In this document: positions 36,273 to 49,784 of the stretch, piece by piece
Layout of the letters: each line of letters begins with the position of its first letter
Numbering within the stretch: position 1 is the stretch's first letter
Origin: Balanoglossus misakiensis
Lineage: Eukaryota > Animalia > Hemichordata
Assembly: GCA_040954595.2 (NCBI GenBank)
Contig: CM082586.2
Span: forward strand, 9,021,337-9,085,336
Direction: 5' to 3'
Length of the DNA stretch: 64,000 nt
Translations under genes and position numbers: made by a program
Notes under the pieces: model-generated
The model's database searches: none
Seen by the model: the letters and a program-made list of their open reading frames with translations, nothing else
Told to the model about the DNA's origin: nothing

Positions 36273-36639
36273 TTTTTTATTTATTGCGTATGTACATGTC
36301 CCCAACTGGCTTTCATATAAAACCACTGCATCAGGTGAATCTCAATTTTTAAGAGCGATACTTCAAACATGCAGCACTGTTTACAAATCGGGGTCAAAGG
36401 TTATACAAGAATAACCATGTACAGTTGGTATTTTTCGGATGTACCTCTGGCCATGGCCTTGGTCTATAAATTGTTCTTGACAACATATATTTTTAAAGAT
36501 TTTGGTTTACTGAATTACATCTATAGCTTATAGTGATGGCTGTTTACCTAATAATCATTTTAACAACGCCAACTTAGCTGGCGCTGGATCGAGGGTACAG
36601 GACTATCCTAGGTCAAGGGTCAATCGTGAATGTTTTGGT

Positions 36640-37211
36640 CGCGAATCAGCTGATCTTTTACAACAGCGTGTTACGCCCCTTTTTTAAATTTCTCATGAGT
36701 GGAGACGTCAGTGAAAGAACATATTTCGGATAATGGAGCATTCTTGGCAGTGTTTTCAAAGGGTTTCGCAACCTTTCTACATGGGACGCGGCGGCGCTTG
36801 GCAGAACTTTGCGAGGTGGTCGTCATCACAGGTCGCACCGTAGTTGAGAGAGAGAGCCATGACACTGACAGAGCCGGGTGAGTGATTGAGATCCTGGATC
36901 AGTTGCCGTCACTCAGATCACTAGATATTCTCTCTCATTAGGGTGTAGCTACGGTGTTGCCACGGGACCTACGACGTTTTATCGTGACGTCGGTGTTGCC
37001 CCGACCGGCCAGGGAAGTATATCAGATATGATGAGTCCGGTGATGACTTGGCTTTACGGCAGTCGCTGTGCCTGTAGATAAAGGAAAGGAACAGTACAAC
37101 GCGCCGCCAGTGTGATTAGCATCGCTTGGAGCAAGACTAGATGACAGACATCGCCAGGGTCGTTGGCAAGACCTTGGCGGGCAGAGATGTGTGACACAGG
37201 TCCTCCTACAG
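36640..37211 (+). promoter_or_regulatory. CpG-rich putative promoter and non-coding first exon of a + strand gene
   Basis: CpG-rich island with TGACGTC/CAGCTG motifs, ending at a consensus donor CTACAG|GTAAGC (37211/37212). Confidence 0.4.
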
Positions 37212-38286
37212 GTAAGCCAGTCTTAATTCTTTTACATGCTTTTCAGAGTCAGCTTTTTGAGATGGTGAGATCTCTGTCGTGTGGTTTCTCTGTGTGACCT
37301 TTAGCTCTGCATACAGCCGGGAACACACAGACCTGTACGCAGAGCTATGTGACCTTCTGAGTCATATAATAATGTCACATTTAGTACTACATTATCTCTA
37401 TGGAAACACAGCTAGGGGGAGGGTGGAGGGGGGGGGTTCTATGCTGGTTTCCCCCATCATAGACCCACCCGTGACCCCCACCACAAAAATCTGTAGTGAA
37501 ACAACAGCCAAACCAGTGCACTATATCACAGTCCCTCTATTACATACTGTGACTGTATAAGCTAAAAAATAAGACATTCACTTTTTGAAATAAACATTTC
37601 TCTGTTAATTATCTCTGAAAGCTTGATATAGGAGAACATTTCGGTTACTTCAATGTCACCATTGTTTTCACTACTATCACGTAACAAGCAATTTAAATTA
37701 CCTTCGCAAAAACAGTATGCTCTATGTTTTTTTGTTAACGCTTTGAGATGTCTGGCTCAAATCTGCGTGAATGCAAGCTGTCATAACTTTTGTACAAAGT
37801 AGTGTCTCATTTTTTTTTAAAGCAACTAGCTTGATTTTTAAAATGAAAAAAACTTCTGATATACTAGGAATAGTAGGATTTATTCACTGCTCCAGAAGTT
37901 TTCTGAATTACAATGCACTTAACGGGACATTAGCTGTAACTTTTGGCTTTAATTGATGTACATATATTTTTGTTCTGAGTATCAATGGGAATTTCTTGTT
38001 CTACTCCAAACAGCATGCTAATATACCCATTTATACTTCACTTGTCAACATAGCCCGTGAATGTGTAATGTTATCATTCACATTTTTTTACTACTGTTAC
38101 GTAAATATGCAACATGTCTAAAAAATATGTTTTTATAGAATGTATTTATTTATTTAGAGTAAAATGTTTTTGGTGACATTTAAATATTTAGTGGATGGTA
38201 TTTTATACATCAATTGTGGGTTTCAACATATTGTTGGGAGTAGCACAAGAATCTTAAGTGGCCACATAGAATTAATTTTCAACCTT

Positions 38287-38463
38287 CAGTAAAACCTGTC
38301 AAAACCAAACCCTGTCTAATCTGGAAACCTGTCTATACTGAACACCTTTTCAGTACCTTCGACATAGAATCACATGTTAAAAGAACCTTTACAAACTGGA
38401 AATGTCTGTAAACTGAACAATTTCTTCAGTGCCTTCAGTGTTCGGTTCAGACAGGTTTTACTG
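38287..38463. mobile_element. small Tc1/mariner-like MITE
   Basis: TIR CAGTAAAACCTGTC ... GACAGGTTTTACTG followed by TA; related ends near 43410 and 61720. Confidence 0.7.
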
Positions 38464-38469
38464 TATTTA

Positions 38470-38927
38470 ATTTCTCACACTGCTGGCCGCTGGGAGTGTG
38501 GGATAGGATATCCCCGACGAGTGTGAGAAATACGATCTCAGGTCCTTGGGAGTGTGAGATTCTATTATTCTCACACTCTCACTGAATCGAAAGCTGTATA
38601 TGACGCGAGCGCTGATTGGTTGACAAAGAGTTCTTTCTCTTCGCGCACTAAATGTTATCCAATGGCGTGATGTGTATTACAGGCACAGAACTATAACGTG
38701 CCCCCAGACGACAGTTCCAGAGTCATTTATTCAATGTTTTAACGAATTTGGCTAATTTGTGACCGTGTGAGAAAAATAATCTCACACACCAAGGACCTGG
38801 GATCGTATTTCTCACACTCGTCAGGGATATTTTGTCCCACACTCGCCTGCGGCTAGTGTGTGACAGAAAATCCCCAACTCGTGTGAGAAATATGATCCCA
38901 GGTCCTTGGGAGTGTGAGATTCTATTA
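38470..38927. mobile_element. Crypton-like hairpin repeat (TCTCACAC family)
   Basis: Terminal hairpin centred on CACTCGCCTGCGGCTAGTG; a second copy lies in inverse orientation at about 60100-60525. Confidence 0.65.
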
Positions 38928-39889
38928 ATCCCAAATGTCATAGCAGCTGCCCCTTTAAAACAATTTCTTTAAAAAATGTGTTTCTAATAGATTTGGTCAG
39001 GTGGAAAAGTATGTCACATACTGTTTTCACTGAACACTGATGTGGTTGCAATTTTATTGACACAAATTGAATCACACTATGCATCACATTAGACTTAGGG
39101 GTAAACCATTTTATATTTAGGAGAGTGCAGTTTAGTTTCTACTCTGCCTATTCTCTGATGTTTTTTCTTTACTATTTGGCAGAGGCAAAATGCAGACTAG
39201 TTATGGAAGTGTTCCTAAGTAACTATGCATAAATTATTTCTAATAATCTAAGCACATTATGTAAAATATAAATCAACCAGGTAGACTCATGTCTCCCCCT
39301 ACAGTAATGGTGACAATTCTTTTTATAGTACCCAACTTACTCAAGTAAACACACTTAATGTTAGCAAACAGTCCTATAGATATAGCCTGGTCCCCTGTCC
39401 CATTCCTGCTGCTGGTAGTGACAGCAGGGTTAGAAAGTGGGCAGAGAACAAGAGTATCTTACAGGCCTCTTTCATGACCCCTGTGTGACCTTACATCCTG
39501 GTGATTTGTTGGTTTGACATCATTCATCATTCAATGTTGAACAGCTAACCTTTTCTAACAGGCAATGTTCACCAGTTTTGTTCAAGGATGAGAAAAAATG
39601 CATTGATTTAATAGCGTGGTTGGTAAACTCGAAATTGTATACTCACACCGACAAAAAGCCAGGATGTAGAGGTCAAAAGCGGTCATAAAAGTGGCATGAT
39701 ATAGCACAGTTGCCAGTGGTGTAATGTTTATATGAACTGTGCAACTTCATTCATATTTCTTAGTGGCAGTAATGTTATTATAAATATAAACTGACATCTG
39801 AAATCACTTTGCGATGTCGAAATTCAGTGGGAAGAAACAAACGCCAAAAGTTACCACATTTTATACTGACACTTATTTGTTTTGTACAG

Positions 39890-40013
39890 TTTACCCTATG
39901 GATCCAGCTATCATAGGAATAGGTGCAATAATTGTAGCTTTGGTGGGCTGGTTGATCGCTTATGGGCTTGATCAATCATCCCATCTAGGCTACAATTATT
40001 GCAGATATCATAG
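39890..40013 (+). pseudogene. signal-peptide-like first coding exon of a secreted protein, with a defective donor
   Basis: Acceptor tttgtacag, ATG at 39898, MDPAIIGIGAIIVALVGWLIAYG hydrophobic stretch, then GYNYCRYHR; followed by GAAGG where GTAAGG would be expected. Confidence 0.4.
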
Positions 40014-40131
40014 GAAGGGCACATTGGGAACCCCCCCCCCCCCCCTCACACACACACACACACACACACACAATTTGGGCGACAACACAATATATATATA
40101 TGATGCAGTCTACAAGTTGCACCGAAATATC

Positions 40132-40960
40132 TTTAGGTCCCATTTGTATATACTGGTGGTACCTCATGAGATCGGTTGCGTCTGTATGGATGTATGTCCG
40201 TTCACATCAAAAACTTGAAAACCGCTGAGCATATAACCTCGATATTTGGTGTGCAGATGCAGGCAGGGCTGTAGATGGGAGTTTGTTCAAATGAAGTTGT
40301 TGGGAAAAACGTAAATTTGGCCAAAACTCAGAAACTCAACAACCACTGGTCATATTGATTTGAAAATTGGTATGCATGTACCTTATATTAACCTCACACA
40401 GTTGTGTATGTTTTGAACTAATTGTTTGAATTTTCTATAATTTATGTATTTTTTTGTCTTTTTCCACATTTTTGGTAAAAAATCTACTTTTCTGGAATTG
40501 ATGACCTGACTTCTTTGAAATTTAGTATGGGGCTTCATATAGGTGATGTGAGTTATCAAAGTTTTGTTCAAATTTGCTGCAAAATTTGCAAATTTATAAT
40601 TTTGGTGCAAATTTTGCCTTTTTGATCAATTTTTTTCTGTAAAACCATTTGTCAGATTGCTTTGAAATTTGGTAGGCATAGAGATGTGTGTTTGTCAAAT
40701 CAATTTGTAGAATTCAATAGTATATTTTTGGGGTGAATTTTGCCATTTTTGGTCAAAACTCTTTCTCAGAACCCTCTACCCCATTGCTTTGAAATTTGAT
40801 TTGAAGGTTCCATGGTGAGTTGTCATGATGATTTACAAAACCTATGATGAAAGTGTCAATGTTTTGTGGGGGCAATGTCTTGTATTTTGGGGGTATATTT
40901 ACCAATTTTGATAAAAAATTATATTTCTCAGAAAGTGTACACTGTATGGCTGATTTCTAT
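40132..40960. mobile_element. Helentron/HINE-like non-autonomous repeat
   Basis: Terminal hairpin, short (TGTA/TGGA) microsatellite, then degenerate TTTGAAATTTGGT repeats; an inverted relative lies at about 42960-43270. Confidence 0.45.
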
Positions 40961-41920
40961 AAATTTTAGTTGTAAGTTAATGGGATTGGCTTCTTTAGAA
41001 TTATTATGAAATCATATCATAGGTAATTTGGAATTTCTACTGGGCTTGCGTTTGATATTTTATTTTTTACGCGCAGTGCACGCAAAGAGCCAATTTTTTT
41101 TTCGTGAAATTGTATTTGAATTACGTGCAACAAAATAGCGATAGACAAGCAGGCTTTCAGATAAACATACTTGAATGAGTTCTCCCTTCATGTCTAGATG
41201 GCCCAACACAAAAAATATCATTTAGAATGTAGCGAATAAAGTACATAAACATCATGAAAGAGACTGTGTACAGTGGTCCCCCCCCCCCCCCGATACATAT
41301 TAAGTACAGACAAGGTATGGAATTCTTGTGTTATATCATCAAGGAAAATGACCCAGAAGCCCTACTTGCTTTGTTATATCTAATGGCTTCTGTGTGCATA
41401 AATTATAGCCCGACACGTGTCAAGTTTGTGGCCTAGGTTACCGCACGTACATCATTGTGCGTCCTGCTACAGCATACAAGCGCGCGTACGCGTACATGTG
41501 TACAGGGCGCCTGACCGGCCAACCTTGACAAGGCGCCCCAGATAGCCTCGCCCGCTGTTATCTTTCAATGGATTTTTTGTGTGCGCATGTCACGCAACTG
41601 TGACAAAATATTTGCGCGCACACATTGTAGTTTTGTGTTATTTAGTGTTATTTTAAATGGGTGTCACACCGATTTAATCAGCCTCCATTCAAAGAGTACA
41701 CAACAGTCGTGTTATGCATTAGCAAAAGATGATAAACTGATGCGGATACAATCAATATAGCTTAATGGTGATGATTCTAAAGCAGAAGGCTAATTGTCAT
41801 TAGTATCTTACATGCAGAGCCTGAATTTGCCACTTTCTATTGTTCTCACCAAATTTAGTGTAATAACCCCTAAGTACCACCCTCTAATTTTAAAGAACAC
41901 TAATTATGGAAGCCCATTAA

Positions 41921-42005
41921 CCCTTTCACAACCAAGGTTCAGTCAAAACCCATTGTTTTCTATGAAAAGGTTTGACCTGTATAGAAGGAACTTGGGGTGA
42001 AAGGG
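41921..42005. mobile_element. tiny piggyBac-like MITE
   Basis: TTAA|CCCTTTCAC ... GTGAAAGGG|TTAA; partial relatives near 44180-44277 and 61765-61840. Confidence 0.7.
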
Positions 42006-42166
42006 TTAAAGGGACAAAGTCGCTCTTTTTGACTTTTGACTCACTTGCTTTTATTAGAGGTTCCTACCTTTAAATGTTTCATAAAATGTTTAATCAAATC
42101 TGTCTACAATCAGAGTAGACATTGTTTACATATACCTTTTGTTAAATGATTGTTGTTGTATTTCAG

Positions 42167-44462
42167 ATTGTTGTCAGGAGCAGGTGAGAAATATGGTATG
42201 ATTTCTGAAGGTCTGAGTACTGCATTGCAGTTATTTGACGATATGAAGAGTTTACGATATTCAAGGTAATTATGGTAAAATTCTGAGTTTCAAGATCATT
42301 CTCTACATATGGCCCTGACTTTTTTGGTGGTTTATCTGTTTTTGTAAAGTTCACCATGTAAACCAGGAAATGATTCCATACAGACAGTGGAGTACATTGA
42401 AACCTGCCTAGGAAGGACACCTCTGGGACCACAAAATGTGTCCTTAATAGAGAGGTGTCCTTAAAGGGACAAATTCTCTCCCTCGCTGCCCCTTTTCCAT
42501 GAATTAGGTTTGTTACAGGGCACCATTTCTGTTATTCTACATGTGGATATATAGTGAATCAATGTTTCACCACACACAACTTCAACCCTGCTTGTAGCCA
42601 CCAGAGTGATAAAAAACACACGCCAATAATCGGTCTCTATCATTTATTCATTTTATGCGAGTTTTTATGCTCATATCATTCAAGTGGGATGGAAATTGTG
42701 TATGGTTGAACGTTCATTAACTACATATACACATGTACATTAATATAAAATGTCTCTTGTATCAAACATAATGGAAAAAATCGCGTCAAGGACACAGTGG
42801 TCCCATTGAGGGAATACACAAGAAAAAGTCTACACCGGAGTAAATGGCGATATACTGACAGACACACACACTAAATAGAACAGCTGGCCTCTTTAAAACT
42901 TAGCCAGTTATGTAATCATTCAGGAATTTCCTGTGTATATAAACAACTCAATAAAGTAAATACACACCACTTCGCAAAGCAATCTGACCAGTAGTTCTTG
43001 AGTTACTGAGTTTTGACTAAGTTCACATTTTTCCAGCTAATTTGCATATTTTTGGCAACGACAACTTCATTTGAACAAACTCCCATCTACAGCCCAGCCT
43101 GCATGTGCACACCAAATATCAAGGTGATACACACAGTGGTTTTCAAGTTTTTGATGTGGACGGACATACATCCATACATCCATACATCCATCCATCCATA
43201 CATACATACATACAGACGCAACCAATCCCATAAGGTCCCATGGTATATAGGCCTATACCAATGGGACCTAAAAAGGGCAGCGAGAGAGAGACTTTGTCCC
43301 TTTAACAGAAATGTGCATGTAATATTCTATTCAAACCATTACTCTTGTCTTGAACAATCTTTCCTTAATAGAGAGGTGTCCTGATTAGAGAGATGTCTGT
43401 ATTAATTGACAGGTTTCACTGTATTATCAACATTTTCAGTTTCATAATCCTTCTGGATGTCTTTGTCAGAAAATTTTGACAGCAGCCAAAACTTTCTCTG
43501 CCATACTCACATAAGAGAAAGCTTGCACCTGTGTGTAAAACGGGTTATTTTCGCAAGCAATTAATTTTTGCGAAATAGGCGAGAGCGAACAACATGTGAA
43601 AAGAAAAAGTTGCGTAAAATGTTTTTCGGAGATAAAGATGCAATGAAATACAAGAACATGAAAATTAATCCTCGCATAACAGTTGCCTCTTTTAATATCG
43701 CGAACATTTCCTGTCACGAAAATAATCCGTTTTACAGTAATATTGAAGGTCAGAATGCTTTTGATGAGAGAACAATACACCAGTTGCAAAGTATCTTGAC
43801 TAACATAAAAATGATGGTATTTTCTGAAGAAGATATATTCTCGCAGTTGGTGTTTTGTTTCCTCATCAAAAGCATTCTGACCTTCAATATTATTCTGTTG
43901 AGCTATACATGCAATCTAGTCTGATCAGAGATGATTATATCATCGACAATAGATCCTGGATACTAAAAGAGCATAAAATGACTGCGACAGATACCTTGTT
44001 AGTTGTAACAGGTGTGAAATAAGAATTTGGATAACACTGACAGTATTTTGGCTATTGTTGGGGGGGGGGGGGTGGAGCAATAAGTGATTTTGAAACCCCA
44101 TGTAACACCTGTCTTACCATTAATATGACTGCATTTATGGTACCATAAGGAATGTTAACAAAATGACTGGGGAACCCTGGTTACATTACCCTGATCACCA
44201 CAATGGTTCAGTCCAACTGCATTGTTTTCTATGTTAAGGTTGGAGCACTGAAGAGGAAATTGGGGTGGAAGGGTTAAAAAAAAACACTGACTGACAATAC
44301 TGCCAATAACAAAATATTGTTTTATCTTCTCTTTGTATACAGCGCACCAATATAGAAACATTGTATATTGATCTGAACTCTCCTCCATATCCTTTGCCAA
44401 GTCAAGGTAGTATTAATTACAGTGGATTTACTGTAGAACAATTGGCTGCCATGTTGGGTGAG
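42167..44462 (+). pseudogene. MED25: two consecutive Mediator subunit 25 VWA-domain exons (42167-42265 and 44343-44462), disabled
   Basis: LLSGAGEKYGMISEGLSTALQLFDDMKSLR and KHCILI(C)NSPPYPLPSQGSINYSGFTVEQLAAMLGE match the recalled MED25 VWA sequence (EGLSTALQLFDD...CLLICNSPPY). Canonical splice sites, but a TAG and a 1-nt deletion in the second exon. Confidence 0.82.
42465..43301. mobile_element. AGGGACAAA/TTAA MITE with an internal insertion, itself inserted in another MITE (about 42395-43422)
   Basis: TTAA|AGGGACAAATTCTCTCCCTCGCTGCCC ... GGGCAGCGAGAGAGAGACTTTGTCCCT|TTAA; flanks carry TCCTTAATAGAGAGGTGTCC repeats of a GAAACCTG/CAGGTTTC element. Confidence 0.8.
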
Positions 44463-44754
44463 GTAAGTAAGCGATGTAAAACATTTCATACAACACTGCA
44501 TACTAACAATAGTCATATCAACCTGACAAGGGAAGATGAAAAAAGCCTAAGCCCCTTTGAACAGCTGTATTTTCTTGGAATCTGGTTTTATAATACACTT
44601 TGATTGATTCCCTTACGAAAAAGTTCTATAGAACTTCTATTGCTTTTCAATAAAAATTTCTATTAAGAATCAATGGATATTCCATGGAAACTCAATGGAA
44701 TTTCTATGGAAATTCTATTGACTTCTATGGACTTTTGGCCACTTTTCAATTAAA

Positions 44755-45547
44755 CTTCTATAGAAGAGATATAGATTTCAATTGATTTTCTATTGAACTT
44801 CTATAGAAGAGTTATAGATGTGTATTGATTTTCTATAGAAGAGATATAGATTTCAATTGATATTCTATTGATTTTCTATAGAAGAGTTATCGATGTGTAT
44901 TGATTTTCTATAGAAGAGATATAGATTTCAATTGATTTTCTATTGAACTTCTATAAAAGAGTTATAGATGTGTATTGATTTTCTATAGAAGAGATATAGA
45001 TTTCAATTGATATTCTATTGATTTTCTATAGAAGAGTTATCGATGTGTATTGATTTTCTATAGAAGAGATATAGATTTCAATTGATATTCTATTGATTTT
45101 CTATAGAAGAGTTATCGATGTGTATTGATTTTCTATAGAAGAGATCTAGATTTCAATTGATTTTCTATTGAACTTCTATAAAAGCGTTATAGATGTGTAT
45201 TGATTTTCTATAGAAGAGATATAGATTTCAATTGATATTCTATTGATTTTCTATAGAAGAGTTATCGATGTGTATTGATTTTCTATAGAAGAGATATAGA
45301 TTTCAATTGATATTCTATTGATTTTCTATAGAAGAGTTATCGATGTGTATTGATTTTCTATAGAAGAGATCTAGATTTCCATTGATATGCTATTGATTTT
45401 CTATAGAAGAGATATAGATTTCAATTGATTTTCTATTGAACTTCTATAAAAGAGTTATAGATGTGTATTGATTTTCTATAGAAGAGATATAGATTTCAAT
45501 TGATTTTCTATTGAACTTCTATAGAAGAGTTATAGATGTGTATTGAT
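44755..45547. repeat. left subterminal tandem array rich in TTCTATAGAA palindromes (period about 78 bp)
   Basis: Repeats of ATTGATTTTCTATAGAAGAGATATAGATTTCA and ...GAGTTATCGATGTGT. Confidence 0.95.
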
Positions 45548-45871
45548 CCTGTATTATCTGGTTACCAAAGACAGAGGGGTGGGATTCGGGCAAAAAGATT
45601 GATATTTATAAAAAAAAATACTTCACTGAATACTCAGCATATTCTTTCAGTCTGTTGTTTAATATTAACACATAAATGTGCTAAATACAGTGTTGCCTCA
45701 GTCAAATTAGTTTTCTGCTGGCTTTCAGTGAAATATTTGAGAAAAAACCAACATACTCATCAAATTAAAACTTAACATTTTATTGCAATAAATCAATAAA
45801 AAAGGTGACATGAAAAATAGAGTTTAAATAAATAAAGATAAGCAAAACACATAAATGAAACAGTTAACCAC

Positions 45872-48800
45872 ACTACTTGTGTTTTGCTTCGGAGTAAATT
45901 TTCATTTTAATGTACTGCTCCACCTCAGCAACCTTGCAGTCAAACTTGCTGCATACAATATCTGTGGGGAAACAGAGAAAAATAATTGCTGAATGAAATT
46001 GTACTGAACCAAAGCTCAAACCTTAGAGATGTCTTTGTTTGCCATACTATATTTTTTTTTTCTAAAACCTAACCGCCAGAAACAAAGAACAAACTAAATG
46101 AAAATATATCAAGGTTACGGTAGAGAGAATGGTATATTTGATTTGCAGTCCCTTAAACGCTTTTACAACTTTTTAAAGATGGCCTATCTCATTCCACATA
46201 CAGGTCTCCATTAGCAGACCAAAGCAGATTTTGCAAAAGCACTGCAAAATTTGCACCCTATCTACAGCAGGTTACACTATGTTAAAGAGGTATACATCAC
46301 TGATCACTCCAAATATACAAAATGCCAATATATCTTTGTGTATTCCTATGACCTAAAATAGCAAATTAATAATTGGAGATGATAAGTAACTTAATACCTA
46401 CATACCTTTAATGGCTCTTATTTTGTCGGCATCCAGCGCTGGTTTGGGTAAAGAACCCTTGACTGAGTTGCACACTCTGCCACTATACGAATGAGTCCTG
46501 AGTGTTTCCCTATCAAACACCACTGCCATCAAATCATACGTCATTTTCTTCGCTGTTGATTTGTCAACGCGGCTCAGCTGCTTGGCAGTTACTATCATCT
46601 CATCATTGACCAAAATCTGAAAAAGACCAAAATAATTGGTAACACTAGAGGCAGACACAAAATAAATATGATTTCTGTCATAGAAAACCTGATAAAATAG
46701 AAAGTACAGTAAAAACTCTATCACAGAGTTCTTACAATACTTTCTATTTTCTATGAAATCAACAGCTCTAACAATACAACCACATTTTCCATGGAAGTAA
46801 AGTTGCAGAGCCATGATCTGTTCTAAACAGAGTTGCAATCATCAGGTCTGCAGATAAATAAACAAAAACTTTATGACCAAAATAATTAAATTCTTTGTTT
46901 TGCATCTACTCAGATTTTGATAGGTAAGTGCACAAGTTCAGAAACACAGAAATTTTTAACAGGTAAATTTAATATTTACTCGATAGTTTCCATGTAATAC
47001 AAGCACCTTATCAAGAATCTCAGCAGAAACTAATTTTTCACCCTGTTAAGTTGCACTCAAATGTGACATTCTGCAAGCATGCAGGTGTTCCAATCACATT
47101 TCCCAAAGCATGTATACAAAAATTTGCAGGCAGAAAAGTTTTTTTCATGAAATCTCGCAAAACATACACATGCAGAACAAAGAATTTTCTTACTTAGGCC
47201 ATATGGTTGAACCTAAGAAGCAGAAGTATTATTTGAATGACTATGACTATGTCTATGCAGATTCCTGAAATCAGACATTCATGATAAATTGAAATAGATG
47301 TCAACAGTTACCTCTTCACTGTTCAATTGGGCATCATGTGTTCCACTGGATTTATTTGTCTTTGAGACTGCAGGTGCACCAGTCTTTACACCAAATGTTC
47401 TTTTTACATCAGCAATTTGTCCAAGCAGGCCAGGTAACTCTATACCATTTGAAAAGATTAGAAAATAGAGGTATAGGACATATGTTCATTGATTTAACTC
47501 CAATAGTTCATAGGAAAAGGAATAAAAAAGAGACAATCCTGGCAAAAAAATATTGTTAACCAATAAGACAGTGGACCATCATCCATAAACAAAATTATTT
47601 TAATTGTGGTGAACTGAGATGTTTACATACTGACCAGCATTATCAAACTATTGTCTAGTAACTACAAAACACATAGTTTGAGAAAGCTGGTCACAAATGA
47701 AGGCTTTCATTGGTGCTGAAAAAGGTAAGTTACAGCTTGCCCAGCTTAGTCATCATGTACAAGTGAATAAATTAAATGTTTTTCATTTATAAATTAATTA
47801 TGGTAACATTTTACTTTGTATTTCAAAACATATATGGAGTCCTTGATACTTCAATTTCTCGTCAAAAAAATGCCGAAAATGATGTTCTTTTGTGATATTC
47901 ATGAGTATTTTCAAAAACAGTCATTCTGTGGCATATTTTGGCTGTTGACTTTTGATATTTCTAAAAATAAAACAAAAAAAACACTGACAAAATAATTTGA
48001 TTCAGCTAAAACCTACTCATTGCATTAAAAATATACAAGAACTAAAACAATCCACTGACTTTATTCAATGCGTGTATCAATATTCTTTTACCTTTTAACA
48101 CTCGAAGAGAATAGTGTAGTGCAGCATTTTCCTCCTTCAATTCCCTTATTTCTTGGTGTAGCTTGTCCTCATCATAGCCTTCTGAGCCACTGGACACTGG
48201 TGTTGAAGCACGGAATGAACTCTAGAATGCAGAGGAACATTAATGAAATAGACTAAAAATCACAGTTGTCAACAATAACAACACAGTTCATACATGGATT
48301 TCAACATGCTTGTGATATTTACCCATCAACAGCACTGAACTGCAGTCACTTTTTGATGGAAATATTATTAGTTTCAATAATTGCATAACTTTGCTCACAT
48401 TTTAAAGATACATTTTGCAGGGGTTGCGTTAACCCCATATTTTGCTTCCCGAACTTTTCAGGGGGACTCTTACTTTTTACACAGAGGGGTCCCATCTCTC
48501 ACATAAATACAAAAATTTTAATTTCCTGTCTTTAATTTCATGTGACAGGGACTCATTCTGAGCAAACACTAGTGCAATCCCTGTTTCATAATTAAGCCAC
48601 ACAAGCTCACAACACTCTCTTATACGTCAGCATTATTTTAGCTTTTGTGCAAGTTTGGAAGTAAAAGTATATGCTTCAGGGGCAGAAATTGTGGCGTATG
48701 ACATTGCCAGTACTTACAGACTTAAGTGACTGGACATCCTCCTCCATTTTTTTTACGAACTTCAGATGTCTTCTTGCTTTCTAACTTTCTCAGCAAATTT

Positions 48801-49701
48801 AAAGACGAATTCTTTTGGCTGATCTTCTTTTTTTTATTCAAGTTATTTTTTTCCTAAAAAAGAAATGAAATGATTATTGTGAGATACTTCTGAACACTTG
48901 GCATGGAGTTTTGAAAATGGGTGTTTATATTGACAACGAGAAATTAATATCATCTGTACCTAGATAAATCATATTGAATTCTGCATCAGCCACATGGTAG
49001 TTAAATATCAACTTACCGGTACATAATCATCTTCATCATCTTCGCTGTCGGTGTAGATTCTCTTTGGTGCCTTTTCACGTTTCCCCCGTCCATATTCTGG
49101 AGTCTTAATGTTTGTGTTCACCCCTTTTTTGACATAGACGTTGGCTAGTCGCAACAGCTCCTGCCTGTCATCTGTAAAGATAAACATTATGACCTGGTTG
49201 TGAAAAACACACACACACACAACTGAATGAGAAACTTTTGCTGACGATCAAAAATGCACAACACAAACCACGTAAAAAAATTGTGTCACAAAGTAAAACA
49301 AAGGGGTTGCTGGCTTTCCTGGCAACTCGTTTTGTTATGCAAATAGTATAACAATGAACAGGAAGTAAACAAGCTGTGTTTGGTTCAAGGGAGCCCAAGA
49401 CCCTGGGATCGAGATAAAGGTAACTTTCTACAATGAACGTCTTCAACATTGGGAAATGTTTCTACCTGACACGTTTTTTTTGAGTTTTGAAAAAATCCAA
49501 ACAATTCTTACCGCTAAACTTGATAACTTTTGCTACATATCTCGCCGGATCTCTTCCTGCCTTCTTTGATGACCACTGGACAGCACAATCTTCGTCGAAG
49601 TCAAAACTCATAACGTCGTCTTCATCGAGATCTTCTATCCAATTCGTCTCACCAACTTCAACACTCTTTTCTTCGTAAAAATCAAATAAAGCGTACTTCA
49701 T
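45872..49701 (-). CDS. multi-exon coiled-coil + BEN domain accessory gene of the CACTA element, probably with small frameshifts
   Basis: GT-AG exons 49701-49512, 49171-49017, 48853-~48718, ~48222-48092, ~47440-47312, ~46616-46407 and ~45961-45872. C-terminal MTYDLMAVVFDRETLRTHSYSGRVCNSVKGSLPKPALDADKIRAIK is BEN-like. Exons 3 and 5 each appear to carry a 1-nt shift in an A-run. Confidence 0.72.
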
Positions 49702-49784
49702 GGTGACTAGATCGACGTTCGTAAATAGCGAAATCTTAAGCGGAGCTGGTAGCGAGTGACGCGTAGTGTGTCTTCGGTGGTTAC

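Larger units (their letters stand above)
28045..36317 (+). mobile_element. complete IS3EU-type DNA transposon (8273 bp) with two convergent genes
   Basis: Perfect terminal inverted repeats starting TATGAAAGCCAGTTGGGGACATGTACATACGC and extending over 90 bp; 6-bp TSD TAAAAC (28039-28044 and 36318-36323); integrase-core transposase. TAY..RTA termini with a 6-bp TSD fit Repbase IS3EU as recalled. Confidence 0.92.
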
